From NCBI GenBank assembly GCA_963745835.1, contig CAVUZH010000016.1, positions 384,001 through 448,000 on the forward strand: DNA of 64,000 nt. The letters run 5' to 3'. Shown piece after piece: positions 28,465-39,591 of the stretch; within the stretch, counting starts at the first letter, position 1; every line of letters starts with the position of its first letter. Origin of the DNA: an uncultured delta proteobacterium (lineage in GTDB: Bacteria; Desulfobacterota; Binatia; UBA9968). A model generated the notes under the pieces. That model saw only the letters and a program-made list of their open reading frames with translations, searched no databases and was not told the origin of the DNA. A program made the position numbers and the translations under genes.

Positions 28465-30881
28465 TTAAGATCGCTTTTTAGCAACGTATTGATCAATGAG
28501 GCGCTGTACCTCGTCTAAAGACCGGCCGGAGAACCAAGGGTTATATTCATTTCTATTGATCCGCTCGATTTCGAACGCCCCTTCACCTTGCGGAATGGCG
28601 TAGATCTCTTCTCCATACTGAATAATATTGAAGTTCCGATACCCGCTCTCAAGTAGAATAGGTTGTAGTTGGTATTGGTCAATGAGGCGCTGTACCTCAT
28701 CTAAAGACCGGCCGGAGAACCAAGGGTTATATTCATTTCTATTGATCCGCTCGATTTCGAACGCCCCTTGACCTTCCGGAATGGCATAGATCTGTTCTTC
28801 GTACCGAATAATGTTGAAGCTCCGATAACCGCCACGCACTAGAGTAGGTTCTGGTCGGCTATCAGAACGGGATTTCGAAGGAAATTTTGCCAAAAGGCTT
28901 TTAAGTTCGTCCAGTGAATTGCCAACAAAGAATGCATTCTTTGTTTTGTAGTCGTTCACGACCCGCGTGTTTAACCAATGCAAATCAATCGGTCCCAGAG
29001 CCTGAGCTAAAGCAAGATAACGATCCCCATACCGGAAGATGTTAAAGCCGTTGTAACCGTCTTCAACGAGAGTCCATGGTGTATCTGGATCCCATGGGGC
29101 AACCTCTGATCCGGTGACCTGATATACGTGATATTCTGCGTAAATCTCTCGCATGAAGGGTGTGCCGTCCTGTGCCGGACCGTGATAGAAATCGTTTTCT
29201 AAGTCCCCGCCTCCTAGGAAAAGGATGTAAGGTCTGGGCGTAAAAGCCCTGAGTGGGTCCAAGTAGGGATATCTAACCCGGGTCGCGTGCACAAGGCCGA
29301 TTTTCTTCATCGCCACATTCTCGTTCCGCACATACTTATGACTGTGGTAAAGGAGTTTGTCATCAGTGAACTTATAATCGACGTCTAAAAAATAGATGCT
29401 CAGTCGATTTTTATTTCGTGCGAGAAGTTCTTCTAGTTTTGCCGGTGTTTCAACAGCTCTTTTCAATTCGACAATACCGGTGTTTACCGTCCAATAAGGC
29501 ACAATGTGTCCATTTGAATAGAGGCGTATGTCTTCGATGTGCAAAGCATTGCAGATTACGATTGACCGCTCGCTTACGTGAGTCTTGAACCAATCTGCCA
29601 TAGCCAACGTCCCGTCTTCGATCGCATGAACAGTACGGTAACTTCCATATACATTGAGAAGGTGATCACCAATACCTATTGCCAGGATCAAAGCTAGAGA
29701 TCCGCGCAGAATCCGCCGGAAGCGGTCTTCTCTGCACGTCGTCTGCCATACCCGTTCGATACCAATGGCTATCAGAATCGAAAATGGCATAAGCGGATAG
29801 GCCAGATGCGCATGAAGCGTGAATATTCGCAAAAATGGAAGAAAAAATACGGCAAGCCAAAGACCCAAAAAAAGATAGCCGCCAGCATATTTGGCTGCTA
29901 AAACACTGCTTCTGTCCTTGTGCCAGCCGCTCGGCAACAGATAACCAATCAAAGATAGTCCAAGCAAACTCGGCGGCAACAACACTACAAAACTAAACAA
30001 CGCGCGCCACCTAATCGAATCTATCAAATGCCCTAGTGCTGATCCCTCCGCCGGAGCTGAGCTGAGTTGAACTTGTACACCCAATTGGCCCAGCGCGAAC
30101 ACCGGCTGCAACGGCAAGTCTGGAAAAGCGAGTAGCTTGATAAGTGCTGTTGGAAAGACAGCATGCATCAAGAACACTCCGGCCAACAACATCAGTGGCG
30201 TGGGACGACGTGCGCGTTGGAATTCAAGAAAAATTATCAGGATATTCAAACCACCGATAAACTCGCGATACCAAGGGCCGAGCAAGAGCACTCCACATAG
30301 CCCAGCTAAATACCAGGGGCGATCGACCCGGCCCCTCAACTATTTTCCAATAGGCTAGCAGCCCCAAGCATATCAGCAACAAAACAAGGGCATGAATACC
30401 GGAAAAAATCAGCCAACCGCCACCGACAACAGACGGAGAACAGAGTAACAGAACCACTGCCGAGAATAGCGGCAAGATCGCTTTGCGTATAGCGGCGGGC
30501 GACCAGAAAGAAGCATACGGCCAGGGCGCCAACAATAAGGCTTACCGCAGCAAACCAGAGATATGCGGATAGCGTCAGGCGTACTAAAAAAGGCTACACC
30601 AAGCTTATGAATAATGGCATTTACTGGCCGATAACCGGTCGTTGAAGTGCTCTGGAACGAATCGTAAAGGATCTTTTGAAGCAATCTTTCTTGACTCAAT
30701 GTCTGATTGCGAACCAAAACCAAACGAGCCATACAAATTCGCACTCAACTCGGGCGAGTCGGACCATACCAATAGAGTCGTAGAGGAACGAAACATGAAA
30801 AATCCTAGTGCAGACCACAAGCCAAAGAGAGGCAAACCCGACAATGTGCCGGGTGGCTGGCTGTTTGTAGGTATTTTTCAT
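28465..30881 (-). CDS. Polytopic GT-C-like membrane protein with three C-terminal ~62-aa repeats; 5' part broken by several frameshifts
   Basis: Overlapping hydrophobic ORF pieces (30696..30908, 30605..30844, 30409..30744 with GYRP, 30224..30535) lead into ORF 28465..30339. Confidence 0.6.
28486..28850 (-). repeat. 186-bp tandem coding duplication
   Basis: Copies are offset by 186 nt; a 70-bp stretch is identical (28514..28583 = 28700..28769). Confidence 0.92.
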
Positions 30882-31046
30882 TTTCGGAATGATAGTGATC
30901 TCCGTCACAGCAATCAGCAGTTTTTTTCGTCCAGGAGGCGCTCAAATGATTGTCGCTGCACGATGTTTTATAATCTATTACTATATTGCTTCCTCAGTGA
31001 AGCCATGAGCATGAATTCCAGACATTATACTGCAACAAGGCTCATC

Positions 31047-32237
31047 CTATTTTTTCTTGCCAGCTGCATCCACAAGGTTTCTAAGTTCCTCCAAAGAGTT
31101 TCCGCTAAACGATTGGCTATATTTATCTTTCAAAACCCGTTCTATCTCAAATGCTCCTTCACGCTGAGGAATTGCATAGATCTTCTCGCCGTATCGGACC
31201 AAGTTAAAACCTTTATAACCTTCTTCAACCAAAACAGGAGCAGGGGCTTTATCGGAAACCGGCGCTGTGGCGACTTGATCGACAAGTCTTTTAACTTCAT
31301 CCGTCGAGAGCGCGTTTACGTGGCCCTGGTAATTACTCATGTGGAGCCTTCGTAAACTGAATTCACCATCATCTTGCTTAACCCCATGAAAGTCTCGTCC
31401 GACACGGATGATGTTATAACCGCGGAATCCGTGCACGACTACCTCGGGTCCGATGAAACTATCGATATGCCGCTTGATCTCCTCCAATGAAGCGCCCTCG
31501 AACTGCTTGCCGGAATCACCAGTTGCAAACCGGTTCGGATCGAATCCAGCCTCAGTACGTTCCGCCCCATAGAACCGCTCTTTCGAGCGGATGATAGAAT
31601 AGCCGCGATACCATTCCGCTATCAAAGATGGCTCCGGGACCTCTTCCGATGGCGCAGTCATGGCTGAAATTCGATTTTGCACTTCGTTTAAAGACTCACC
31701 TTCGAGGATGCTTCTATATTCCCCCTTCTGAAGTCGTTCGAGGTTCAGTTCCGGCTCGCTTCGCGGAATTCCGAAAAAGAACCGCTGACCGATCTGGAAG
31801 ATGCTGTACCCATCATGGTCTCTCTCTACAAGCTTCGTGCTCAAGCTACGGAAGTGTTTCCAATTAGCAATGAAAATAAAACTACCATCGACTGAGACAT
31901 GACCATAATCCGCCAAGTACGGCCATTGAGTAACGAACTCATCACTCGTGACGATGATATCCCAGTCAAAATCATCCGGGAGAATAGACTTCTCGCCACT
32001 GAGATATACATACGGACCAGAGAGGTAAAAGTCGTTAGGACAGATTCTTGAGACTTCTTCGGAAAGCGTTCCCTTAGAATAACTGCTGTAGGTCCATCGG
32101 GCCAAACAAGGCGAATAGATGCCGCCGGACCAATTCCATACGATCCTCAAAGAATCTCGCGGTTTCCCTATCACAATTGCATATTCCGCAAAGAATTTTT
32201 CGAACCGTTCATTATTCGATTTGGTTGTCTGTGCCAT
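31047..32237 (-). CDS. Soluble region with four ~60-aa repeats; probably the frameshifted C-terminus of the upstream membrane protein
   Basis: Repeats of the form PxLVxxGYxGFNxxRY...YAIPQxEGAF...GxSLEE; overlaps the upstream ORF by 26 nt. Confidence 0.65.
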   Translation of the reverse strand: MAQTTKSNNERFEKFFAEYAIVIGKPRDSLRIVWNWSGGIYSPCLARWTYSSYSKGTLSEEVSRICPNDFYLSGPYVYLSGEKSILPDDFDWDIIVTSDEFVTQWPYLADYGHVSVDGSFIFIANWKHFRSLSTKLVERDHDGYSIFQIGQRFFFGIPRSEPELNLERLQKGEYRSILEGESLNEVQNRISAMTAPSEEVPEPSLIAEWYRGYSIIRSKERFYGAERTEAGFDPNRFATGDSGKQFEGASLEEIKRHIDSFIGPEVVVHGFRGYNIIRVGRDFHGVKQDDGEFSLRRLHMSNYQGHVNALSTDEVKRLVDQVATAPVSDKAPAPVLVEEGYKGFNLVRYGEKIYAIPQREGAFEIERVLKDKYSQSFSGNSLEELRNLVDAAGKKK

Positions 32238-33507
32238 ACCGAGTATAAACGTCCTGCCATCGTTTCAGATCAAGGATAAAGGCTGTCAGAATGATCAAAC
32301 TCACTGCGATGTATAGAGCTCTGAATTTCGAATTGGACGAGCCTAGTAGCCTATGCACTAAAGCAAGGAGGAGAGGCAAAATGGCTGCTAAAGCCAGGAG
32401 GTAGGTCGCACTATAATGCTTTAAAATAAGCACCATTGTCACTATGAGTTGCACGGTTAGCCCAACAACTAGAGCCTTTATGACGGGACCACAGTCGTAG
32501 TCACGCCGGCGTAACAACAACGCCACACCTATCATTGAAAGCACCAAAACGATGGCAATACATAACGGTGAGTTGTCAGCCCACATTCGCAATAAGTTCG
32601 CTTGAATCTGGGCAGTGGAGACGATTCCTGGGTCCCCTCTACCGTAAAGCCCCTGATGAAATAAGATTCCGTTGATCCAGGTTATAAACTCCGTTTTGCA
32701 AGTCGGAGTCGTAAATGGAACCGTGGATGCCACGAAGCCTAGCAATGAGGCCACTCCTATATAGCAGCAACGCAATATTATTTGGTTCCAGGAATGCCTT
32801 TGAATCAGAGACAGAGTTGTCACAGTAACGAGCAAGCCGATCACCCAGGTCACAAAATAGACTTGCGCCGCAGTGAGCACTCCTGCGGCAAAGCCTATAG
32901 CCGCGATTCGCCACCACACGGTTCGTTCAGAGAACAGCGCAACAAACAGCGCCAGCAACAATAGCGTCCCGCCTGGCAAATTTAGCGAATTATGATCCCA
33001 GAGAATAACCGATCGGAATCCCAAGAAAGGTGCCACTACGTAAAAGCACAAGGCCACCGCTACTGCGAAGAGAGCATCGACCCAGTGTTTAACTTGGACC
33101 GCGTGTTTGATCAAAAGGATGCCAGTAACTATATGCGCGATCGTTAACAGTCCGCGCGCGATGCTCATGAAAAGCTCGGGATTCTGCAGGTGATACAGCA
33201 AAAACTCGTTCTTAGCTCCCAAAAAGGGATAGGTGAGCGCGAACACAAAGGAACCGACCAAGGCCACGGGAGTGCCAGGGTGTTGGCAGAAATCGTACAG
33301 TTCTCCCTTAAAAAGCCCCAACGAATCAATCATGTAGGCCATTTCCGGATCATGGTAAAAATGATACGGCGACGGATGAATGTAGTGGACGAAAAGCCAC
33401 ACGTAAGCGAGTGCACAAGCAATTCCGAGGATGCCAATGTTTTGAATCCTTTCGGCAGCCTTAGTTTTCGAACTGCTGATGGGATTACTAAACGAGACGT
33501 GATCCAT
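32212..33507 (-). CDS. Polytopic membrane protein, GT-C-like
   Basis: About 11 TM segments; HDPEMAY and QHPGTP in the first loop. Confidence 0.6.
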   Translation of the reverse strand: MDHVSFSNPISSSKTKAAERIQNIGILGIACALAYVWLFVHYIHPSPYHFYHDPEMAYMIDSLGLFKGELYDFCQHPGTPVALVGSFVFALTYPFLGAKNEFLLYHLQNPELFMSIARGLLTIAHIVTGILLIKHAVQVKHWVDALFAVAVALCFYVVAPFLGFRSVILWDHNSLNLPGGTLLLLALFVALFSERTVWWRIAAIGFAAGVLTAAQVYFVTWVIGLLVTVTTLSLIQRHSWNQIILRCCYIGVASLLGFVASTVPFTTPTCKTEFITWINGILFHQGLYGRGDPGIVSTAQIQANLLRMWADNSPLCIAIVLVLSMIGVALLLRRRDYDCGPVIKALVVGLTVQLIVTMVLILKHYSATYLLALAAILPLLLALVHRLLGSSNSKFRALYIAVSLIILTAFILDLKRWQDVYTRYGTDNQIE

Positions 33508-33523
33508 TGGTCGAGAAGGTAGT

Positions 33524-34291
33524 TTACTGACGGATCAACAGGATCTGAGCAAACATTGCCAGATTATTTATTGCAGGCTGTAGCAGGTTTTCCAGACCGC
33601 GCCATAACCTAAAGCTCCAGCCTGGCATTAGGCTACGCAACGAAACGCCACCTGACACGAGGTAGCAGAAGGGCATCATTGGCTCAATTGCATGAATTCG
33701 CCACATGGGAAACTCACGCTCGAACTGTAGCCGATCTCTGGCAAAGACAATATGTGGCAACGCTCCATTGGCGCCGGATAATGGGCCACTGTTTGGAAAT
33801 TCCCACTGCTTTGCTTGTGGCTGAAATGGTTCATGATGCAGCCGCGTGTAAACAAGCCGCGACCAAACTGTAACCCAAGGCTCGATCATCAAAACGACAC
33901 CACCCGGACGGACACAGCGAGCCGCCTCTGTGAAAAAGCGGCGGGGTTTCGATATATGATGGAACACGTCGATCATAACAATTGCTTGCAAAGCACGGTC
34001 GGCAAATGGCAACTCTGTACCATTCAAGACAAGATCAATTCCGCGACAGTGAAAAACCTCGGACGTAATTAGGTCAGGTACGAAATCCTTCAGAAAGCCG
34101 GCCCCTGATCCTAACTCCAACACCGGCCCCTCTTTGGTTGAGAGCTTACTAGCTATCCCTGCATACCATTCATGATAGATCTGCCGTAGAAAGTTTTTTT
34201 CTCGAATAATCTGCCGTCTTAACTCTGTCGTATTTGGGTCGTCGATGTCCAACCCTCTCGTGAGAGGATGGGCGAGCAAGAACCTGATCAT
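33524..34291 (-). CDS. Class I SAM-dependent methyltransferase
   Basis: VLELGSGAG, LPFAD, DVFHH and VRPGG. Confidence 0.88.
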   Translation of the reverse strand: MIRFLLAHPLTRGLDIDDPNTTELRRQIIREKNFLRQIYHEWYAGIASKLSTKEGPVLELGSGAGFLKDFVPDLITSEVFHCRGIDLVLNGTELPFADRALQAIVMIDVFHHISKPRRFFTEAARCVRPGGVVLMIEPWVTVWSRLVYTRLHHEPFQPQAKQWEFPNSGPLSGANGALPHIVFARDRLQFEREFPMWRIHAIEPMMPFCYLVSGGVSLRSLMPGWSFRLWRGLENLLQPAINNLAMFAQILLIRQ

Positions 34292-34306
34292 CAGTTCACT
34301 AGCAAC

Positions 34307-35806
34307 TCAGACGAATTTGATTCGCCCAGCAGCAAACCGAACCATTTTCAAAAGGAGCCAAGCATGCTTCCAGCGCTGGATATTGGTCGTGCCATAGGTA
34401 CGCTCTCGGTAGCGAATTGGCATGTCGGCGATTTTAAGATTGAGTTTGGCCGCGCCAAACAAAAGGTCGAAGTCACCAAATGGATCAAAATCGCCGAAAT
34501 AAGCGCGGTTAGCCTTAATCAACTCATAATCCTTTTTCCAAAACACTTTCGTGCCGCATAGAGTGTCTTTAATGGATTGGCTGAGCAGCCAGGAAAATGC
34601 GAGGCTAAAAAACTTGTTCCCAATAAGATTAATGAAACGCATTGCCTGATCTTCCATTGGATATACCAGACGAACGCCGTTCACGAATTCTGCTTTACCG
34701 GATACGAGCAAGTCGTAAAACCGTGGCAAATCTTCAGGAGGAACCGTCAGGTCAGCGTCAAGAATCATTAAGATATCGCCGTCGGCCTGATCAAAGCCTA
34801 ATCTGACTGCATCACCTTTTCCTTCGCCTTCTTGTTTCATCAGTCTGCAGGACCGATCAGGATATTTTACCATTGCTCGTTCTATCGCTGCATAAGTATC
34901 ATCTCTGGAATGTCCCTCAACAAACACAAGTTCCGTGTTCGCACCTAGAGCCGGTGTCCGAACGAAAATACGCTCAATGTTACCGCTTTCATTCCGCGCT
35001 GGAACAACTATGGAGACGCGTGGCTGTTCACGAGCAGTTTTAGTTGCCGCTGAATTCATGGGCCGAGCAATGACAAAATTAGTCGTCGCCAACATAGAGA
35101 TTGGCCATACTTTGACCAAAAATCGATTGGCGAAATTAGCGGCCAGCGGCAAAGGAAGAGGGCACAAGATCTCCTGCGTATGTTTGATGACTTCGAAATC
35201 CGCCAAGCTGAGCAAGTTGGCAAGATCTTCGACGGTGAGCCAGTTTTGTTCTAGGGTTGGTTTGCTCAACCGCAATCGTTGCGACAATGCAAGCAACGGT
35301 TGCCAAACGTAACTATATGTATTTAGGATTAGGCGCGTGCGATGGTGACTGAGCGCCCGCAGTTGTTTAAAGGCTGCTTGAACATCCCACAAATCATTGA
35401 CCAAATCCGAAAGTACAATAACGTCGAATTGACCATCAAAAACGAGTTCGTGTGCATCAGCTTCTATAAAGTGCAGCTGCGGGTATTTCTCTCTCGCCTG
35501 TCTAATCATCCCTCTTGAAAAATCTACGCCGACGCCGAAACATGGGTTCAATGCGGCCAATAGGTCGCCCGTGCCACAGCCGACTTCCAGCACTCGCGTT
35601 CCGGGTGAGATCATAAGTGAATAATAGTGAGCGAGTTGCTTTTGGTAAAAGGCTCCCGAGCCGTTCCAACCGTCAGCAATGCTTCGAGCCACCTGATCCC
35701 AGTGAGCCATTCGAGCACTCTGGTAACCAAGCGCGCTCATGTCCACGTGCTCGACAACTGGAGCGAGATCTCGCGTTTTTTGATCCGCGTGAACCACATC
35801 TAGCAT
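34307..35806 (-). CDS. Bifunctional SAM-methyltransferase-like / GT2 (polyprenol-phosphate glycosyltransferase-like) protein
   Basis: N-domain VLEVGCGTG; C-domain VSIVVPARNE, GKGDAVRLG, ILDADL and DTLCGTK. Confidence 0.88.
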   Translation of the reverse strand: MLDVVHADQKTRDLAPVVEHVDMSALGYQSARMAHWDQVARSIADGWNGSGAFYQKQLAHYYSLMISPGTRVLEVGCGTGDLLAALNPCFGVGVDFSRGMIRQAREKYPQLHFIEADAHELVFDGQFDVIVLSDLVNDLWDVQAAFKQLRALSHHRTRLILNTYSYVWQPLLALSQRLRLSKPTLEQNWLTVEDLANLLSLADFEVIKHTQEILCPLPLPLAANFANRFLVKVWPISMLATTNFVIARPMNSAATKTAREQPRVSIVVPARNESGNIERIFVRTPALGANTELVFVEGHSRDDTYAAIERAMVKYPDRSCRLMKQEGEGKGDAVRLGFDQADGDILMILDADLTVPPEDLPRFYDLLVSGKAEFVNGVRLVYPMEDQAMRFINLIGNKFFSLAFSWLLSQSIKDTLCGTKVFWKKDYELIKANRAYFGDFDPFGDFDLLFGAAKLNLKIADMPIRYRERTYGTTNIQRWKHAWLLLKMVRFAAGRIKFV

Positions 35807-36025
35807 AGTAGACGCTCCTTAATGATAGCAGCAGTTACTTGAATGGACCCGTGGTGTCGCCTAGAGCAAGGCAAATGGCGCTAGCAGTAGCACAGGCCCA
35901 GAATAAAGAACTAAACGAATGCAATTCTATTCGAACAGTAGCATGGCACTGGACTCAGTTATCCTCTACCATCGAAACTCAAGTTTCGTTGAACTGCAAG
36001 CAAGTTTCATGAAGCCAACGACCTA

Positions 36026-36838
36026 TTAAGTCCAAAAAAATTTTTCCCGCAGGAATTGAAAATAGTACGCTCCACCCCATTGTATGACTCGAAGCTTTCT
36101 TTGGCCGCCTATCCGTGGTGGTTCGTCGGCCGGTATCTCGCCGACCTTCAGTCTTCGTTTAGCCGCCCTCACCGACATTAGAGGCTCCCAACTGATCGTG
36201 GTGTGGAAAAGCTTCTCAGCGGCGGAGTAGGCTTCATCGGTATGCAACTCGAGATCGTAGATCAATTGAGTTTTGTAAGCGCGGAAGATCACCATTGAAT
36301 CGGTATAGCACCCGCCATGCAGGACGTTGATAGTTTTAGTGAACAGCCAGTTGCCGAATGCTGTAATCACGTCATCATCATCGCTCTTAGCTCCGTCCAG
36401 ATAACGGGAGCCAATCACCATGTCGTATCCTTCTTTCATTTTCTCGGTCAATGCAGGAATTCGCTCCGGAACCGAGTTGCCGTCGGGGCTGAAGGTAACG
36501 ATCACGTCTCCTTCAATGTACGGCAATACTTCAGTATAAGCGTGGCGAAATCCGCGTCTTTTCTGGACGTACACGAAGTATCCCTGTTCTTTAGCATACT
36601 CGATAGTTCCATCGGTCGAGCCGCCGTCTAAAATGATGATCTGGTGATACCATTCTTTTTTCACCCGCGGCATGATCGCCTTCATCCCGTCGATTTCGTT
36701 TAACGTCAGAACTAAAAGTGTGACTTTCCCAATCGGGAATCCAGCGGCGTGTGTCAGTTCTTCTGCCCGACGATCGCTATAGGGGTGAAGGATTGTAGAT
36801 CCATCGGTGCTCATAGAGTTCACATGATTGCGGTTCAA
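36026..36838 (-). CDS. GT2, DPM-synthase-like glycosyltransferase
   Basis: TLNEIDG, LDGGSTDGT, FSPDG, GYDMVIGSRY and RIGG; start uncertain. Confidence 0.85.
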   Translation of the reverse strand: MNRNHVNSMSTDGSTILHPYSDRRAEELTHAAGFPIGKVTLLVLTLNEIDGMKAIMPRVKKEWYHQIIILDGGSTDGTIEYAKEQGYFVYVQKRRGFRHAYTEVLPYIEGDVIVTFSPDGNSVPERIPALTEKMKEGYDMVIGSRYLDGAKSDDDDVITAFGNWLFTKTINVLHGGCYTDSMVIFRAYKTQLIYDLELHTDEAYSAAEKLFHTTISWEPLMSVRAAKRRLKVGEIPADEPPRIGGQRKLRVIQWGGAYYFQFLREKFFWT

Positions 36839-37009
36839 AGTACGTCAGCTCCAGCTTGTGAAAGACCCTATTTTCTTAACTTGATGTGGCCTAAACTTCC
36901 AGCCCCCTCGTGACCCTATCAAAGTATTTCGGTCTATAGAAATGGACGGCAAAAATCATCGCCAAACATACACCACCCTAAGGTTCCCACCGCGACGTGA
37001 TTCATGCCT

Positions 37010-37726
37010 CTAAAGCGAATAGCCAGCCTTCACTGCATCCTCACGAAACATCTTCACCGTGTCTAATGAGTATTCTTTTAGATCCTTTCCCACTAAGCCT
37101 AGCTTACCGAGGATGTCATTAGTAGCAGTGATGATGTGACAGCCGACCGTGTGAGCTTGGAAAATATTCAGCAGCTCCCGTGGACTAGCCCAAATCAGTT
37201 CAATGTTCGGATACGGCCGCAACAGTTCTACCGCTGCTGCCATGAGCGGCATAGGATCGCGACCCGAATCAGCAATGCGTCCGGCGAAGACCGATATACA
37301 GCTCGCCGGGCCCTGTGCAAGCGCTGCACTGGTCTCTCGAACCTGGTCGAGCGTCATCAGCGCGGTCACGTTGACCTTTATGCCTATCCTCGCCAGACGG
37401 CGGATCAATTCGGTAGAAGATTGTCCGAGCGTGTTGGTCACTGGTATTTTTACATATACGTTGTCGCCCCATTCGGCAATTTGACAAGCTTGGCGCTGCA
37501 TCTCTTCGAAATCGTCGGAAAACACCTCAAACGAGATAAGTTTATCGGGAATTGCACGGAGTATATCGCGCGCGAAGGCGCGATAATCCGTTATACCCGC
37601 CTTGCGCATCAAAGTCGGATTGGTCGTAAAACCTTTGATTAAATCGTTACGATACATTTCAAGCATTCCAGCTTTGTCCGCACCATCCGCAAATATTTTC
37701 ACTCGCAACTCAGCCAAAGCTGTCAT
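37010..37726 (-). CDS. Transaldolase (short TalC/FSA type)
   Basis: IFADGAD, GFTTNPTL, VYVKIP (Schiff-base Lys), VNVT and SVFAGRIAD. Confidence 0.92.
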   Translation of the reverse strand: MTALAELRVKIFADGADKAGMLEMYRNDLIKGFTTNPTLMRKAGITDYRAFARDILRAIPDKLISFEVFSDDFEEMQRQACQIAEWGDNVYVKIPVTNTLGQSSTELIRRLARIGIKVNVTALMTLDQVRETSAALAQGPASCISVFAGRIADSGRDPMPLMAAAVELLRPYPNIELIWASPRELLNIFQAHTVGCHIITATNDILGKLGLVGKDLKEYSLDTVKMFREDAVKAGYSL

Positions 37727-38256
37727 TTGGAAGCCTCCTCCAGAATGATGGCCGCAGCGGTCGTGAGATCACTGACTACCCAATCTGCCTGACAACGTTC
37801 ACTACTGCTATAGCTGCGTTCGATGAGAATCGTGGAACACCCGCAGGCGTGACCGGCCTCCACATCACTCCAACGATCCCCGATCATAAAACTCTCGTCG
37901 AGATTAAGATGCCAGTGAACCGCCGCCTGAAGTAAAAGTCCAGGTTTCGGCTTCCGACAATCGCAATTATCATTATTATCGTGATAGCAGGTTAAAACTT
38001 CTTCCACGGGCAATTCACTTCGGACTCGGTCGTTAAGCGTCTCAACGCACTGGCGCGTCTGGGTTCCACGGGCGACATCAGGCTGATTGGTAACAACAAT
38101 CAACACATAACCGGCTGCGCGTAGTGCTTGACAGGCCTGCGCAACCCCAGGCAGAAACCTGAACTCTTCGAGGCTTAGTGGCGGGTGCGGCGTGCTCTCC
38201 CGGACAAAGACGGCATTGATAACCCCGTCTCGATCCAGGAACACGGCCCTATTCAT
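37723..38256 (-). CDS. HAD-IIIA sugar-bisphosphate phosphatase (GmhB-like)
   Basis: AVFLDRDGVIN, VTNQ, CYH...CDCRKPKPG and IGDR; the start overlaps the upstream stop (ATGA). Confidence 0.9.
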   Translation of the reverse strand: MNRAVFLDRDGVINAVFVRESTPHPPLSLEEFRFLPGVAQACQALRAAGYVLIVVTNQPDVARGTQTRQCVETLNDRVRSELPVEEVLTCYHDNNDNCDCRKPKPGLLLQAAVHWHLNLDESFMIGDRWSDVEAGHACGCSTILIERSYSSSERCQADWVVSDLTTAAAIILEEASK

Positions 38257-38849
38257 CCTATTGATTCCCATTTGGTTTGCGATGCTTTTAGAAGCGGGTG
38301 CGAAACCATGAGATGCCATATAATCGATTGGAAGGCTTCGGTATGCGGTGTGACGTTCTGTGAATTGACCGTCGGTACAATCAAGCAGGCATCAGCCACT
38401 TGAGCTGTATAACCACCGTCGCGACCCACCACACCAATAATGCGCGCCCCCACTTTCCGCGAATACTCGAGAGCCTTCACCAAATTGGGGCTGATATTTT
38501 TCTCTAGGCTGCCTCCCCCGACTGAAAATACGAAAACCAAGTCATCCTTTCCGAGATGGCTTACCGCCAACCAGCCTTCGAAAACGCCAGCCCAACCTTC
38601 ATCATTGATGCGGGCGGTTAACTCGGATACGTTATCTGTCGGTGCATAGGCTTCAATCCCGACTATTTTGCGAAAATCGTTGACAGCATGAGACGCGTTG
38701 CCCGCACTTCCCCCCAACCCTAAAATGAATAATCGACCGCCCCTTGAACGCGTACTTTTCACCAACTCGACCATGCGCTCCACCGCGTCTCCATCTAATT
38801 GCTCAATGATTTTCTTAGCCTCAGAAAGAAACTCTGCGATGAAAGTCAT
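38253..38849 (-). CDS. SIS-domain phosphosugar isomerase (GmhA-like)
   Basis: LFILGLGGSAGNASHAVNDF, TARIND, SVGGG, SPNLV, GRDGG and HTE. Confidence 0.88.
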   Translation of the reverse strand: MTFIAEFLSEAKKIIEQLDGDAVERMVELVKSTRSRGGRLFILGLGGSAGNASHAVNDFRKIVGIEAYAPTDNVSELTARINDEGWAGVFEGWLAVSHLGKDDLVFVFSVGGGSLEKNISPNLVKALEYSRKVGARIIGVVGRDGGYTAQVADACLIVPTVNSQNVTPHTEAFQSIIWHLMVSHPLLKASQTKWESIG

Positions 38850-38862
38850 ACGACCTCATATC

Positions 38863-39591
38863 CTAACGGACTCTGTCAGAACGTGAACGCAGATGGCGGC
38901 GCATTTCCTCGATCCCCTCAAAGGATCCGATCTCGTAAAAGCGGTGACGGACCTCAAGAGCAGCTAACTCGCGACTTGCCAACAACTCCTGATATACAGC
39001 TGCCAAGTCATAGGCTTGATTGTCCGGAATCTTTTCAAATGCAGACCTCCTAAAGACTCCTAAGCCATAGTCGATATGACGCATGGCTGAGGTCTGCCGT
39101 TGTTTGTCGTAGACGCAAAGAGCGCCATCCTTGTATTCAACATTACTTCTGTCCCAAAATCCGTCGTTTCTGTAGACCGTCATCAAAGCCGGTTTGCCGC
39201 TTGCCTCGAAAACCGACTGTACTTCGCGGTAGTCACAGTCCAGATATGAATCGCCGTACAAAACGAAGAAGGTGTCTCCCAACAAGGGCAATGCCTTTTT
39301 AATCGCCCCCGCGGTGCCGAGTAGGTTCGGTCCATCAAACGAGTACTGAATTTCGAGCTTAAACTCTTCCCCGCCACCGATTTTTTCGCGAATCATTTCA
39401 CCTAGATGCCCGACGCAGATGATGACCTTCTCAATCCCATGAGCACGTAATAAACGTAAATCGTGAGCTAGGAAGGGTTCTCCATCGATATCAATCAACG
39501 CCTTTGGAACAGTCTCAGTTAATGGTTGCAATCGTGTCGCCAAACCACCCGCGAGAACCGCAACTGGAAACATCCTCTGACTCACAATCAC
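38863..39591 (-). CDS. Sugar-1-phosphate nucleotidyltransferase (HddC-like)
   Basis: LAGGLATRL, PKAL, LGTAGA and YGDSY. Confidence 0.9.
   Translation of the reverse strand: MIVSQRMFPVAVLAGGLATRLQPLTETVPKALIDIDGEPFLAHDLRLLRAHGIEKVIICVGHLGEMIREKIGGGEEFKLEIQYSFDGPNLLGTAGAIKKALPLLGDTFFVLYGDSYLDCDYREVQSVFEASGKPALMTVYRNDGFWDRSNVEYKDGALCVYDKQRQTSAMRHIDYGLGVFRRSAFEKIPDNQAYDLAAVYQELLASRELAALEVRHRFYEIGSFEGIEEMRRHLRSRSDRVR

Noticed and set aside
28486-28850. Near-identical repeat pair at a gene 3' end as a DGR template/variable repeat
   Set aside because: The differences I compared are C/T and G/C changes rather than adenine-specific ones. Both copies are in-frame coding and no reverse transcriptase is present.
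30642-31355. 237-aa plus-strand ORF
   Set aside because: It overlaps two minus-strand coding regions, has atypical composition and shows no motifs.
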